Below are positions 43,450-52,177 of a stretch of DNA of 64,000 bases, one piece after another. The stretch's first letter is position 1. Every line of letters starts with the position of its first letter. Source of the stretch: Escherichia phage vB_Eco_F25. Location of the stretch: sequence record OP870144.1; one strand, written 5' to 3'. The notes below the pieces were generated by a model. The model worked only from the letters and a program-made list of their open reading frames with translations. It was not told where the DNA came from and ran no database searches. Made by a program: the position numbers and the translations under genes.

Positions 43450-43766
43450 AAGTCCTCAACTTGAAAATCGTCTTTAAACAATCGGTTAACTATATGAGCT
43501 ATTATATCACCATGACACGGCTTTGGTTTACATGTGCATCCTAGCCTCATTCCACGTAAAGGCTCTAAATGTGCTTTAGTTATTTCTCCGGATTTAATTC
43601 GACGTATAAAATCTTTTTTGAATAATTCAATGGCAGCCTCCCGGCTGCCAGCATCTTTACCGACGTAATTTCCCCAAAATGTACCACGGTGAATATTAAC
43701 ATCAAAGTCGGATTTATATTTATTCACTACTTGGCATAGACGGCCCGCGCGGTGATAATTCGTCAT
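43440..43766 (-). CDS. nrdA.1: hypothetical protein (nrdA.1 position)
   Basis: 108-aa ORF overlapping nrdA start. Confidence 0.55.
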   Translation of the reverse strand: MTNYHRAGRLCQVVNKYKSDFDVNIHRGTFWGNYVGKDAGSREAAIELFKKDFIRRIKSGEITKAHLEPLRGMRLGCTCKPKPCHGDIIAHIVNRLFKDDFQVEDLCN

Positions 43767-43995
43767 ATTGTTTTTCCGTTAAAACAGTAATATCATAATA
43801 ACAATCTGAAGAAGTTTTAACTGTAGAAATTTTATTATCAAAATACTCACGAGTCATTTTATGAGTATAATATTTTTTGCCATAAATGATAATAGGCTGA
43901 TTTGGTCCTGGAACTTCTAACTCGCTTGGGTTAGGAAGTGTAAAAAGAACTACACCAGAAGTATCTTTAAATCGTAAAATCATATATCCTCTCAA
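43720..43995 (-). CDS. nrdA.2: hypothetical protein (nrdA.2 position)
   Basis: 91-aa ORF. Confidence 0.5.
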   Translation of the reverse strand: MRGYMILRFKDTSGVVLFTLPNPSELEVPGPNQPIIIYGKKYYTHKMTREYFDNKISTVKTSSDCYYDITVLTEKQYDELSPRGPSMPSSE

Positions 43996-44006
43996 TTAAA
44001 TTAAAA

Positions 44007-44318
44007 TTATACCGCCATCTTTCCTTTAATTGACGGATGAGATACATAGTTGTTAAGAACAAAATTATGAGGCTTTGCAAATTGACTCAACCAAAATACC
44101 TGCGATTCTGTGTCCCATTCATCAAATTCATCTGGAAATTTTAATTGTAATTCGCATAAATCCATAGGTTCACGGCGTAAAATTTCTTTACATTGTTCTA
44201 CGTGATTCATATAGATATGAGTATTACCACCAGAAAATATCAAATCTCCAGGAATAAGATTACACATTTTAGCTACAATATGAACTAACGTAGCATATGA
44301 TGCAATATTAAATGGAAG
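44007..44318 (-). CDS. td: thymidylate synthase, exon 2
   Basis: Exon begins CTTCCATTTAAT (LPFNIASYA...) right after intron-terminal G at 44319; joined to exon 1 gives 286-aa ThyA-like protein. Confidence 0.93.
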   Translation of the reverse strand, partial: LPFNIASYATLVHIVAKMCNLIPGDLIFSGGNTHIYMNHVEQCKEILRREPMDLCELQLKFPDEFDEWDTESQVFWLSQFAKPHNFVLNNYVSHPSIKGKMAV

Positions 44319-45334
44319 CATTATGTTCAGATAAGGTCGTTAATCTTACCCCGGAATTATATCCAGCTGCATGTCACCATGCAGATCAGACTATATCTCC
44401 AACTTGTTAAAGCAAGTTGTCTATCGTTTCGAGTCACTTGACCCTACTCCCCAAAGGGATAGTCGTTAGGCATTTATGTAGAACCAATTCCATTTATCAG
44501 ATTTTACACGATAAGTAACTAATCCAGACGAAATTTTAAAATGTCTAGCTGCATCTGCTGCACAATCAAAAATAACCCCATCACATGAAATCTTTTTAAT
44601 ATTACTAGGCTTTTTACCTTTCATCTTTTCTGATATTTTAGATTTAGTTATGTCTGAATGCTTATGATTAAAGAATGAATTATTTTCACCTGAACGATTT
44701 CTGCATTTACTACAAGTATAAGCAGAAGTTTGTATGCGAACACCGCACTTACAAAACTTATGGGTTTCTGGATTCCAACGCCCGTTTTTACTTCCGGGTT
44801 TACTGTAAAGAGCTTTCCGACCATCAGGTCCAAGTTTAAGCATCTTAGCTTTAACAGTTTCAGAACGTTTCTTAATAATTTCTTCTTTTAATGGATGCGT
44901 AGAACATGTATCACCAAACGTTGCATCAGCAATATTGTATCCATTAATTTTAGAATTAAGCTCTTTAATCCAAAAATTTTCTCGTTCAATAATCAAATCT
45001 TTCTCATATGGAATTTCTTCCAAAATAGAACATTCAAACACATTACCATGTTTGTTAAAAGACCTCTGAAGCTTTATAGAAGAATGGCATCCTTTTTCTA
45101 AATCTTTAAAATGCCTCTTCCATCTCTTTTCAAAATCTTTAGCACTTCCTACATATACTTTATTGTTTAAAGTATTTTTAATCTGATAAATTCCGCTTTT
45201 CATAAATACCTCTTTAAATATAGAAGTATTTATTAAAGGGCAGTCCTACAATTTAGCACGGGATTGTCTACTAGAGAGGTTCCCCGTTTAGATAGATTAC
45301 AAGTATAAGTCACCTTATACTCAGGCCTCAATTA
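44319..45334 (-). mobile_element. group I self-splicing intron in td (1016 nt)
   Basis: Intron 5' end TAATTGAGGCCTGAGTATAAGGTGACTTATAC... and 3' end ...CTGAACATAATG match the T4 td intron as I recall it; interrupts the conserved ThyA motif DVFLG|LPFN. Confidence 0.93.
44466..45203 (-). CDS. I-TevI: intron-encoded GIY-YIG homing endonuclease I-TevI
   Basis: 245-aa ORF inside td intron; N-terminal GIYQIKN...VYVGSA motif; T4 I-TevI length. Confidence 0.93.
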   Translation of the reverse strand: MKSGIYQIKNTLNNKVYVGSAKDFEKRWKRHFKDLEKGCHSSIKLQRSFNKHGNVFECSILEEIPYEKDLIIERENFWIKELNSKINGYNIADATFGDTCSTHPLKEEIIKKRSETVKAKMLKLGPDGRKALYSKPGSKNGRWNPETHKFCKCGVRIQTSAYTCSKCRNRSGENNSFFNHKHSDITKSKISEKMKGKKPSNIKKISCDGVIFDCAADAARHFKISSGLVTYRVKSDKWNWFYINA

Positions 45335-45883
45335 ACCCAAGAAAACATCTACTGATCGTTGATACCACTGCAAATCCAAATAACCATTACGCACATTAAA
45401 CTGATAGAACATGTGACAAGGCGGTAATGCCATTTGCTTGAGTTCAGCTGGATTCCATGCTGAAACAACTTGACGTCTATCATTTGGCAGTTTTTTAATA
45501 CGATCAATAACTTCTACAATTTGGTCTACACCGCCAAAATCACGCCATTGTTTTCCATAAATTGGACCAAGTTCACCACTATGATATCCTAAATCTTTTG
45601 CCTGATTTTCGTAATTTTCATCCCAGACTGTTTTGCCTTGAATTAATGAATCATGCTGAATTAATCGTAAATCATTTACATTAGTACTTCCTGATAAAAA
45701 CCATATTAGCTCAGCAATACAAGCTTTCCAAGCGAGCTTCTTAGTTGTTACTGCAGGAAAACCTTTAGTTAAATCCCAGCGCAATTTAGTACCGAACAAA
45801 GCAATTGTTCCTGTGCCTGTTCGGTCATCAGTTTCATAGCCATTTTCAAAAATGTCTTTAATTAAATCTTGGTATTGTTTCAT
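45335..45883 (-). CDS. td: thymidylate synthase, exon 1
   Basis: Starts MKQYQDLIKDIFENGYE..., ends ...SVDVFLG at GGT 45335-45337 followed by intron TAA. Confidence 0.93.
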
Positions 45884-45927
45884 TTAGTACCTTATATAAA
45901 TTATAATACATTTTATGAAGCTAATAA

Positions 45928-46275
45928 TCAATACGGTTTAGCATCAAATTTTCTTTCAATTTCAGGCGTGAAATATAATTCTTTACCGCGTTTGGAAAAG
46001 CGACCAATAATATGATAATTATTCTCATCAAACGTAATATTGCCAATATCCATAGCTTTCAACCAAATATCGATATTTCTGTCAAGCTTTATATCAAAAT
46101 TCCAATACGGAGAACTATTACCGAAAATACTGCAAGCGGATTCAGTGAAACAACTGCTATAAATCTTGTCTTTAGGAACTACTAATTGATAGACGCCTTT
46201 AATAAACTGAGGACCCTGCCATTTAGGTTGTTTCGCGTCTTTTTCTAATAGAATAGGGTAATAATTAAAGCTCAT
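45928..46275 (-). CDS. hypothetical protein encoded in an insertion between frd and td
   Basis: 115 aa from ATG 46273-46275 (track ORF starts at GTG 46287, 119 aa); no motif recognised; T4 has frd/td overlapping here as far as I recall. Confidence 0.55.
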   Translation of the reverse strand: MSFNYYPILLEKDAKQPKWQGPQFIKGVYQLVVPKDKIYSSCFTESACSIFGNSSPYWNFDIKLDRNIDIWLKAMDIGNITFDENNYHIIGRFSKRGKELYFTPEIERKFDAKPY

Positions 46276-46295
46276 ATTTTCCGCCACGCGTTATT

Positions 46296-47122
<827 letters not shown>

Positions 47123-47132
47123 ATTATTTTCC

Positions 47133-47375
47133 TTAAACAGACTTTTTCACAATTTTCCAATCAGCTTTAAACTGTTCAACGTCAGAATAGTAAATCCAAA
47201 ATCCCGCGCTTTCTCCATCTTCATAAAGAGGACATCCATCACATTCATCTTCCCACCCCATATCGCGTAAAAGGCGTTCAGCTTTTTCAACAAGCTCAGA
47301 ATCTTTACCGATGATATTAAAATACCATTTACCTCTAACTTCTGAATCTTTGATGCTCTGGCGTTGTAATCTCAT
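47133..47375 (-). CDS. frd.2: hypothetical protein (frd.2 position)
   Basis: 80-aa ORF with GGAG SD. Confidence 0.55.
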   Translation of the reverse strand: MRLQRQSIKDSEVRGKWYFNIIGKDSELVEKAERLLRDMGWEDECDGCPLYEDGESAGFWIYYSDVEQFKADWKIVKKSV

Positions 47376-47385
47376 TTTATTCTCC

Positions 47386-47454
47386 TTAGCAAGCTTTAAT
47401 CAAAAGATATAAACAGACCAACATAACTGCTGCCATAATATAAGGTGCGAACAT
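47386..47454 (-). CDS. possible 22-aa hydrophobic micro-protein
   Basis: ATG 47452-47454 preceded by GGAGAAAAG, encodes MFAPYIMAAVMLVCLYLLIKAC; stop abuts frd.2 SD; early promoter-like element upstream. Confidence 0.3.
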   Translation of the reverse strand: MFAPYIMAAVMLVCLYLLIKAC

Positions 47455-47479
47455 TTTCTTTTCTCCATTAGTTTTGATA

Positions 47480-47514
47480 GGGTAATAGTATCACACTACT
47501 ACCCTTCTGTAAAC
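47480..47514 (-). promoter_or_regulatory. early promoter-like element with stem-loop, upstream of micro-ORF/frd.2
   Basis: Minus strand TTTACA-17-TACTAT; imperfect inverted repeat GGGTAATAGT/ACTACTACCC. Confidence 0.5.
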
Positions 47515-47915
47515 TACTTTTTGAAAGTTTTTCGCAAAAGTTCAATGATTTCATCTACATTGTTTTCGTCAACAATGCAGTGAATTTTTGTTACGCCAGA
47601 AACCTTGTCTTTGACTTCATCTTCTTCAGAAGTTGGTTCTTTATATTCGCGGAAACAATAAAACTCTTCTTCACTAAGTTCAAAATAATCATCACCCATA
47701 CCATCATCATTATAGATTTCACCATTAGCACAAATGATTTCGGTTACATAATCAAAGCCATCTAAACTTGATATTGATTTAACTTCAAACCAACCACCAT
47801 TTTCTTGAATGATGCCGACCATATTAGCATTTGATGAACTAATATCAATGAAAGATTTAATACGGTGTGGATTTAACTCGTATTTTTTGCCGATTTCCAT
47901 TTTGATTTTCCTCAT
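47514..47915 (-). CDS. frd.3: hypothetical protein (frd.3 position)
   Basis: 133-aa ORF; alternative ATG at 47900 has stronger SD (GAGGAAAA). Confidence 0.55.
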   Translation of the reverse strand: MRKIKMEIGKKYELNPHRIKSFIDISSSNANMVGIIQENGGWFEVKSISSLDGFDYVTEIICANGEIYNDDGMGDDYFELSEEEFYCFREYKEPTSEEDEVKDKVSGVTKIHCIVDENNVDEIIELLRKTFKK

Positions 47916-47921
47916 TTTAAT

Positions 47922-47939
47922 AGGGGCTTAATAGCCCCT
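47922..47939 (-). other. GC hairpin between 75-aa ORF and frd.3
   Basis: AGGGGC-TTAATA-GCCCCT. Confidence 0.45.
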
Positions 47940-47945
47940 TGATAA

Positions 47946-48173
47946 TTATTGTTCAATCATTCCCATGTAAAATTCTGTGTCTTCAGCATCCATACCATCA
48001 CAATATTCATTAGCCATAAAGCGGGTGAGGTCTTCAAGAGGACCTTCAATAACGATTTGAATACTCCAAAACTTAGAATCTTGCACGCTTGTGATACTAA
48101 GTTCAGGATAACGATTACGAATAATCTCTTCAATATATTCAAAATCAACGATGTCAATATCAACTTTAGCCAT
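47946..48173 (-). CDS. hypothetical acidic protein
   Basis: 75 aa from ATG 48171-48173 (MAKVDIDIV...) with AGAGGAAAA SD, downstream of early promoter-like element; track ORF extends to 48236. Confidence 0.5.
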   Translation of the reverse strand: MAKVDIDIVDFEYIEEIIRNRYPELSITSVQDSKFWSIQIVIEGPLEDLTRFMANEYCDGMDAEDTEFYMGMIEQ

Positions 48174-48216
48174 ATTGTTTTCCTCTTTAATCATCAGCAG
48201 TATTGCCGATAGTTGT

Positions 48217-48246
48217 ATAGTACCATGGAAGAACAAGGATGTAAAC
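48217..48246 (-). promoter_or_regulatory. early promoter-like element upstream of 75-aa ORF
   Basis: Minus strand TTTACA-17-TACTAT located between gene 32 terminator and ORF start. Confidence 0.5.
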
Positions 48247-48276
48247 AGTTTTGTGAAAAATTTTTAAAATAAAAAA

Positions 48277-48295
48277 GGGGACCTCTAGGGTCCCC
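48277..48295 (-). terminator. hairpin terminator after gene 32
   Basis: GGGGACC-TCTAG-GGTCCCC; on minus strand followed by TTTTTTATTTT. Confidence 0.75.
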
Positions 48296-48317
48296 AATTA
48301 ATTAGTAATATAATCTA

Positions 48318-49223
48318 TTAAAGGTCATTCAAAAGGTCATCCAGGTCCGTGTCATCAGCACTAGATGAACTGCCAGAGCTTGAGCTCATAAAATCATCTT
48401 CAGTTTTTGTTTTGAAGTCATCAACATTGAATGCATCCAAATCATCAGCAACTTTATCAGCTTTCTTAGCGGCAGTTGCTGCGGCACCACCCATAGCAGC
48501 AGTTCCCATAACTTGACTGAACTTAGTGCTCAGTTCTTCAAACGATTTGAATTTATCTTTAGAAGTCATTTCAGAAAGGTCAACCATTTGTTCGAACAGT
48601 TCTTTCTGGAAAGATTCATCATCAATGTTTGGAATCGCAGATTGATTCAGGAATTTAGATTCATCGTAGTTACTAAAACCAGAAACTTGTTTAACTTTCA
48701 GTACAAAGTTAGCACCTTCCCACGGACAAGTTACATCAACCGGAGTTTCACCCATTTCAACATCAACCGCAATCATCGCGTTGATTTTATCCCAGATTTT
48801 CTTACCGAAACGATATTTAAATACTTTACCTTCATTTTCTGGAGCAGCTGGGTCTTTTACAACAAGAATATTAGCCCAGTAAGAAGTTTTACGTTTAACA
48901 AGACTGTACTCTTTATTGTCAGTGTTGTACAGATCATTTTTACTGATGTACTGACATACTGGACAAGAATCGTAATCACCATGGGTAGATGAACATGTTT
49001 CAATATACCATTTACCATTTTTCTTGAAACCGTGATTTACAAGAATTGCGAATGGTGCTTGTTCATCATTTTTAGACGGAAGAAAACGAATTACTGCTTG
49101 ACCGTTACCCGCATTATCGAGTTTCAGTTTCCACTCGCCTTTATCTTCAGAAGAAAAACCTTTATTGCCATTCAGTTTAGCCATTTGTGCAGCAAGTTCA
49201 GCAGTAGATTTACGTTTAAACAT
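48318..49223 (-). CDS. 32: single-stranded DNA-binding protein gp32
   Basis: 301-aa ORF, T4 gp32 sequence with acidic Ser/Asp-rich C-terminus; translational operator upstream. Confidence 0.96.
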
Positions 49224-49290
49224 TTTATTTCCTTTTTAATTTAATTTAATTAACAGTTGGTGCTATGACACTTTACCTCATAGCTGGCAT
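49224..49290 (-). promoter_or_regulatory. gene 32 translational operator (pseudoknot plus AU-rich unstructured gp32-binding tract)
   Basis: Minus-strand sequence ...GCCAGCTATGAGGTAAAGTGTCATAGCACCAACTGTTAATTAAATTAAATTAAAAAGGAAATAAAATG matches the classic T4 gene 32 autoregulatory leader. Confidence 0.85.
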
Positions 49291-49910
49291 AATTCGCAAT
49301 ACTCTGGGTCTTCGAGAGGTATCCAACCTGAGTTGAAATACTTTACCATCGATTTAGCAGTTGTATCAGTTATATTTATATTACCTTTAACTCTTCGCCA
49401 TCCGGGAGTTTTACCGTACAGATTAGAGGATAATAATAACACATAATTCTCGTAAGCAATATGAGATAATTTCCAAGACTCTATATTAGCTCGTGATGTT
49501 TTCCAAGGTCTAAAATCGTCACGGTTCATATAATTAGCCAATCTCATATGCTCTCTAACTTCCGGGTCTTTTGCTGGATGAGTTTCACCACTCACACCAA
49601 ATCCACCACCAGCATATACCAGATTAAAATAGTCTGGATTATCTCTGGCATTTACTTCAAGTTGGTATTTTCGTTCTGCTTCAATAACATCCAAGTCATC
49701 ATCAATTTGAATTATTTTAACGCTCGGTTTTTGAAGCATTAGCGCATTCAAAAATCTTTTTTGTTTACATGAGCTCCAGTATTCCTTTCCGGAAGAGTCA
49801 TATATTATTCCGTTCTCAAATGAGCAATTTAATTTACTACCGATATAGTAGTATGGCGGAGTCTTATTTTTGACACGGTCTTCAAATGTAAACCAATATA
49901 CTATATTCAT
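49278..49910 (-). CDS. segG: free-standing GIY-YIG homing endonuclease (SegG-like)
   Basis: 210-aa ORF between genes 32 and 59; N-terminal IVYWFTF...YYYIGSK GIY-YIG motif. Confidence 0.8.
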   Translation of the reverse strand: MNIVYWFTFEDRVKNKTPPYYYIGSKLNCSFENGIIYDSSGKEYWSSCKQKRFLNALMLQKPSVKIIQIDDDLDVIEAERKYQLEVNARDNPDYFNLVYAGGGFGVSGETHPAKDPEVREHMRLANYMNRDDFRPWKTSRANIESWKLSHIAYENYVLLLSSNLYGKTPGWRRVKGNINITDTTAKSMVKYFNSGWIPLEDPEYCELCQL

Positions 49911-49911
49911 A

Positions 49912-50565
49912 TCAATACTTACAAGATTTCACAGTTTCAATGAAAACATTTTTAGCTTTCTGTGAATCAATATTTAAAATTTTTCTATAAGCCTTTAACT
50001 TTATAGAATAATTATTCCAGACTAAATTATCAGTCTGTTCATCGTGTTTATCAATTATATTTAAAAACGAATCAAGCAAGATAAACGTTTCAAACGAAAT
50101 TATATTCGATTGAAGTAGTTTAAAAATATAACTTGATTGAACTTTTGGATTATACTCAAAGATTTCTTTAAAAGCAGAAACTTCAACTTTCTTACTAAAA
50201 TAATAAATGTTGCGAATATCTTCTTCAAACTTAAATTTAATTTGCTTTAAGCGTCCGATATATTCACGATAAAACACAAGTGCATCAGCGTCAGAGATGT
50301 CGCCAATCCAAGCATCCTGGTTAGCAACAAGATTGCTTATAAAGATTAAAGCAAGTTCCTTTAATTTATATTTTTCTGATAACTTCTGGAAAAAATACTT
50401 ATCCCTTCGCTTTTGATAAGCGGCATCAGACACCCGCATGCACCAATTATACTTAATAACATCATACTTTCCATTCATATGTTGTTTTATCATTAAGTAT
50501 AATTTATAAACTGATTTACCATCAATGTATCTTTCACCACCAGCAGGCATGCGGAGTTTAATCAT
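49912..50565 (-). CDS. 59: helicase loader gp59
   Basis: 217-aa ORF, T4 gp59 length and sequence. Confidence 0.92.
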   Translation of the reverse strand: MIKLRMPAGGERYIDGKSVYKLYLMIKQHMNGKYDVIKYNWCMRVSDAAYQKRRDKYFFQKLSEKYKLKELALIFISNLVANQDAWIGDISDADALVFYREYIGRLKQIKFKFEEDIRNIYYFSKKVEVSAFKEIFEYNPKVQSSYIFKLLQSNIISFETFILLDSFLNIIDKHDEQTDNLVWNNYSIKLKAYRKILNIDSQKAKNVFIETVKSCKY

Positions 50566-50900
50566 AGTAGAAAATCTAATGTATTAGTTTTTTCACAACG
50601 AACAACAGAAGGACGTAAAAGATTTTCGTCAATAGCTTCTGACTGAATTTTTTCAATTATACCCGAAGGAATAAATTTAGCAAATTGAGTTTCAGGAATA
50701 GAATTTTCTTCCAAGAATGCTGTCGTAGCTTCAAGATAACTCATTCCAAACTCTTCTACCATTTTTTCAATAATAAATCCATTTTCTTGACGATCAAGAA
50801 GCTTTGCTATTTCATCCTTTTCTTTCTTAATTGAAAGTTCTTTTTCTGAAAGACCGGTCTCATCGACCGGACGAATGTCATTTAGAGAAAACTGTGTCAT
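50562..50900 (-). CDS. 33: late transcription co-activator gp33
   Basis: 112 aa from ATG 50898-50900 (MTQFSLNDIR...); track ORF extends 3 codons upstream. Confidence 0.88.
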   Translation of the reverse strand: MTQFSLNDIRPVDETGLSEKELSIKKEKDEIAKLLDRQENGFIIEKMVEEFGMSYLEATTAFLEENSIPETQFAKFIPSGIIEKIQSEAIDENLLRPSVVRCEKTNTLDFLL

Positions 50901-51147
50901 AAAGTTCAACTACCTCTTCAGTTTCAGCTTCAAACACATCACGGTTATCTTTATGATACAAAGCTAATAGACGATTAAACATCTTACCATCAACGCCAAG
51001 TTCATCTTTGGCACGAATTCGAATATCTTTAATCAGTTCATTATAACCGGAAATTTTCAGTTTATGATCAGATGCTTCTTTAATAAATTTAGCCAAGTCT
51101 TCGCCATGGATAGCTTCATCAAATTCAACCATTTCTTTTTTAGCCAT
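50878..51147 (-). CDS. dsbA: double-stranded DNA-binding protein DsbA
   Basis: 89-aa ORF at T4 dsbA position overlapping gene 33 start. Confidence 0.85.
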   Translation of the reverse strand: MAKKEMVEFDEAIHGEDLAKFIKEASDHKLKISGYNELIKDIRIRAKDELGVDGKMFNRLLALYHKDNRDVFEAETEEVVELYDTVFSK

Positions 51148-51155
51148 TATTCACC

Positions 51156-52073
51156 TCAAAATTCATTAATGCTATTAGTTAATTTAGAAAGACCCGCTTT
51201 TACAAAATATGAATAAATTTTGCCACGCGGTGGTAATTTATATGAATTATAGTAATTCACAATGTTTGAAGCAATATTATCAGGAATATAATCAAAATCA
51301 ATTAGAACTAAATTTTCTTTGTATCGATTATATTCAGATTCGGTGAGAAGCACCTTAGCTTGCTCACGGTCATTAGCAATAGCTTCAACGATTGAAGTTT
51401 TCATTGAAGGAGTTCGTTCACCTTCAACTCTGGTAAACCAAAAGTCAGATCGTACTTTAACTGAAGCGACGTTATCCTTTTTGTCGCCTTTAAGGATTTT
51501 AGTCATACAGTCAATTTCAGCAGAACCGCTTTTAATTTTAACCCATTTCTTGTGCATCGGTGACCATTGCTTAACATTTGGGTATTTGTGAAGTTGAGTA
51601 AAGTCACCATCCGATGAAATGATTAAAATCTTATGTCCTTCTAAAGAGAACTTTTTAACAAGAACAGCAATATGGTCATCTGCTTCATACTTATCAATAT
51701 CCATAACAATGTATGGCATATAAGCTTTCAATTCATCTATAACTTTATGGCTGGATTCAAAATAACCTTCCCAGTCCCAAGTAGATTCTTCTCGTGCTTT
51801 TCCACGGTTTTTCTTATAGTAATAAGCAAAATCACGACGCCAGTATCCAGATTTCGCGTTATCGATACACAGTACAATTTTAGTGTATCCAAGAGTTTTT
51901 GCTTTTTTGACATTAAACTTAATTGAGTTCAATATCAAATGACGAACCATTGATAAATTAATTTTTTCTTTATCTGGAAAGTTTACTAAAGCAGTCGAAA
52001 GTGCAATTTGACTAAAGTCAATTAAGCAAATTCCTTCTTTGTAATCTTCATCCAGCATCATTTCTAAATCCAT
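51156..52073 (-). CDS. rnh: RNase H / 5'-3' exonuclease (FEN-1 family)
   Basis: 305 aa from ATG 52071-52073 (MDLEMMLDEDYKEG...); track ORF begins at upstream TTG. Confidence 0.92.
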   Translation of the reverse strand: MDLEMMLDEDYKEGICLIDFSQIALSTALVNFPDKEKINLSMVRHLILNSIKFNVKKAKTLGYTKIVLCIDNAKSGYWRRDFAYYYKKNRGKAREESTWDWEGYFESSHKVIDELKAYMPYIVMDIDKYEADDHIAVLVKKFSLEGHKILIISSDGDFTQLHKYPNVKQWSPMHKKWVKIKSGSAEIDCMTKILKGDKKDNVASVKVRSDFWFTRVEGERTPSMKTSIVEAIANDREQAKVLLTESEYNRYKENLVLIDFDYIPDNIASNIVNYYNSYKLPPRGKIYSYFVKAGLSKLTNSINEF

Positions 52074-52102
52074 ATGAACCTCGTTCAATTAGTGAGATTT
52101 CT

Positions 52103-52132
52103 ATTATATACCATCCAAATCTTAAAGTAAAC
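52103..52132 (-). promoter_or_regulatory. sigma70-type early promoter for rnh
   Basis: Minus strand GTTTACT-17-TATAAT about 30 nt upstream of rnh ATG; shares intergenic region with gene 34 late promoter. Confidence 0.6.
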
Positions 52133-52135
52133 AAG

Positions 52136-52143
52136 TATAAATA
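52136..52143 (+). promoter_or_regulatory. late promoter TATAAATA for gene 34
   Basis: Exact motif 35 nt upstream of gene 34 ATG. Confidence 0.7.
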
Positions 52144-52177
52144 CTTATTATTGAAAACACAATAGGAGCCCGGGAGA

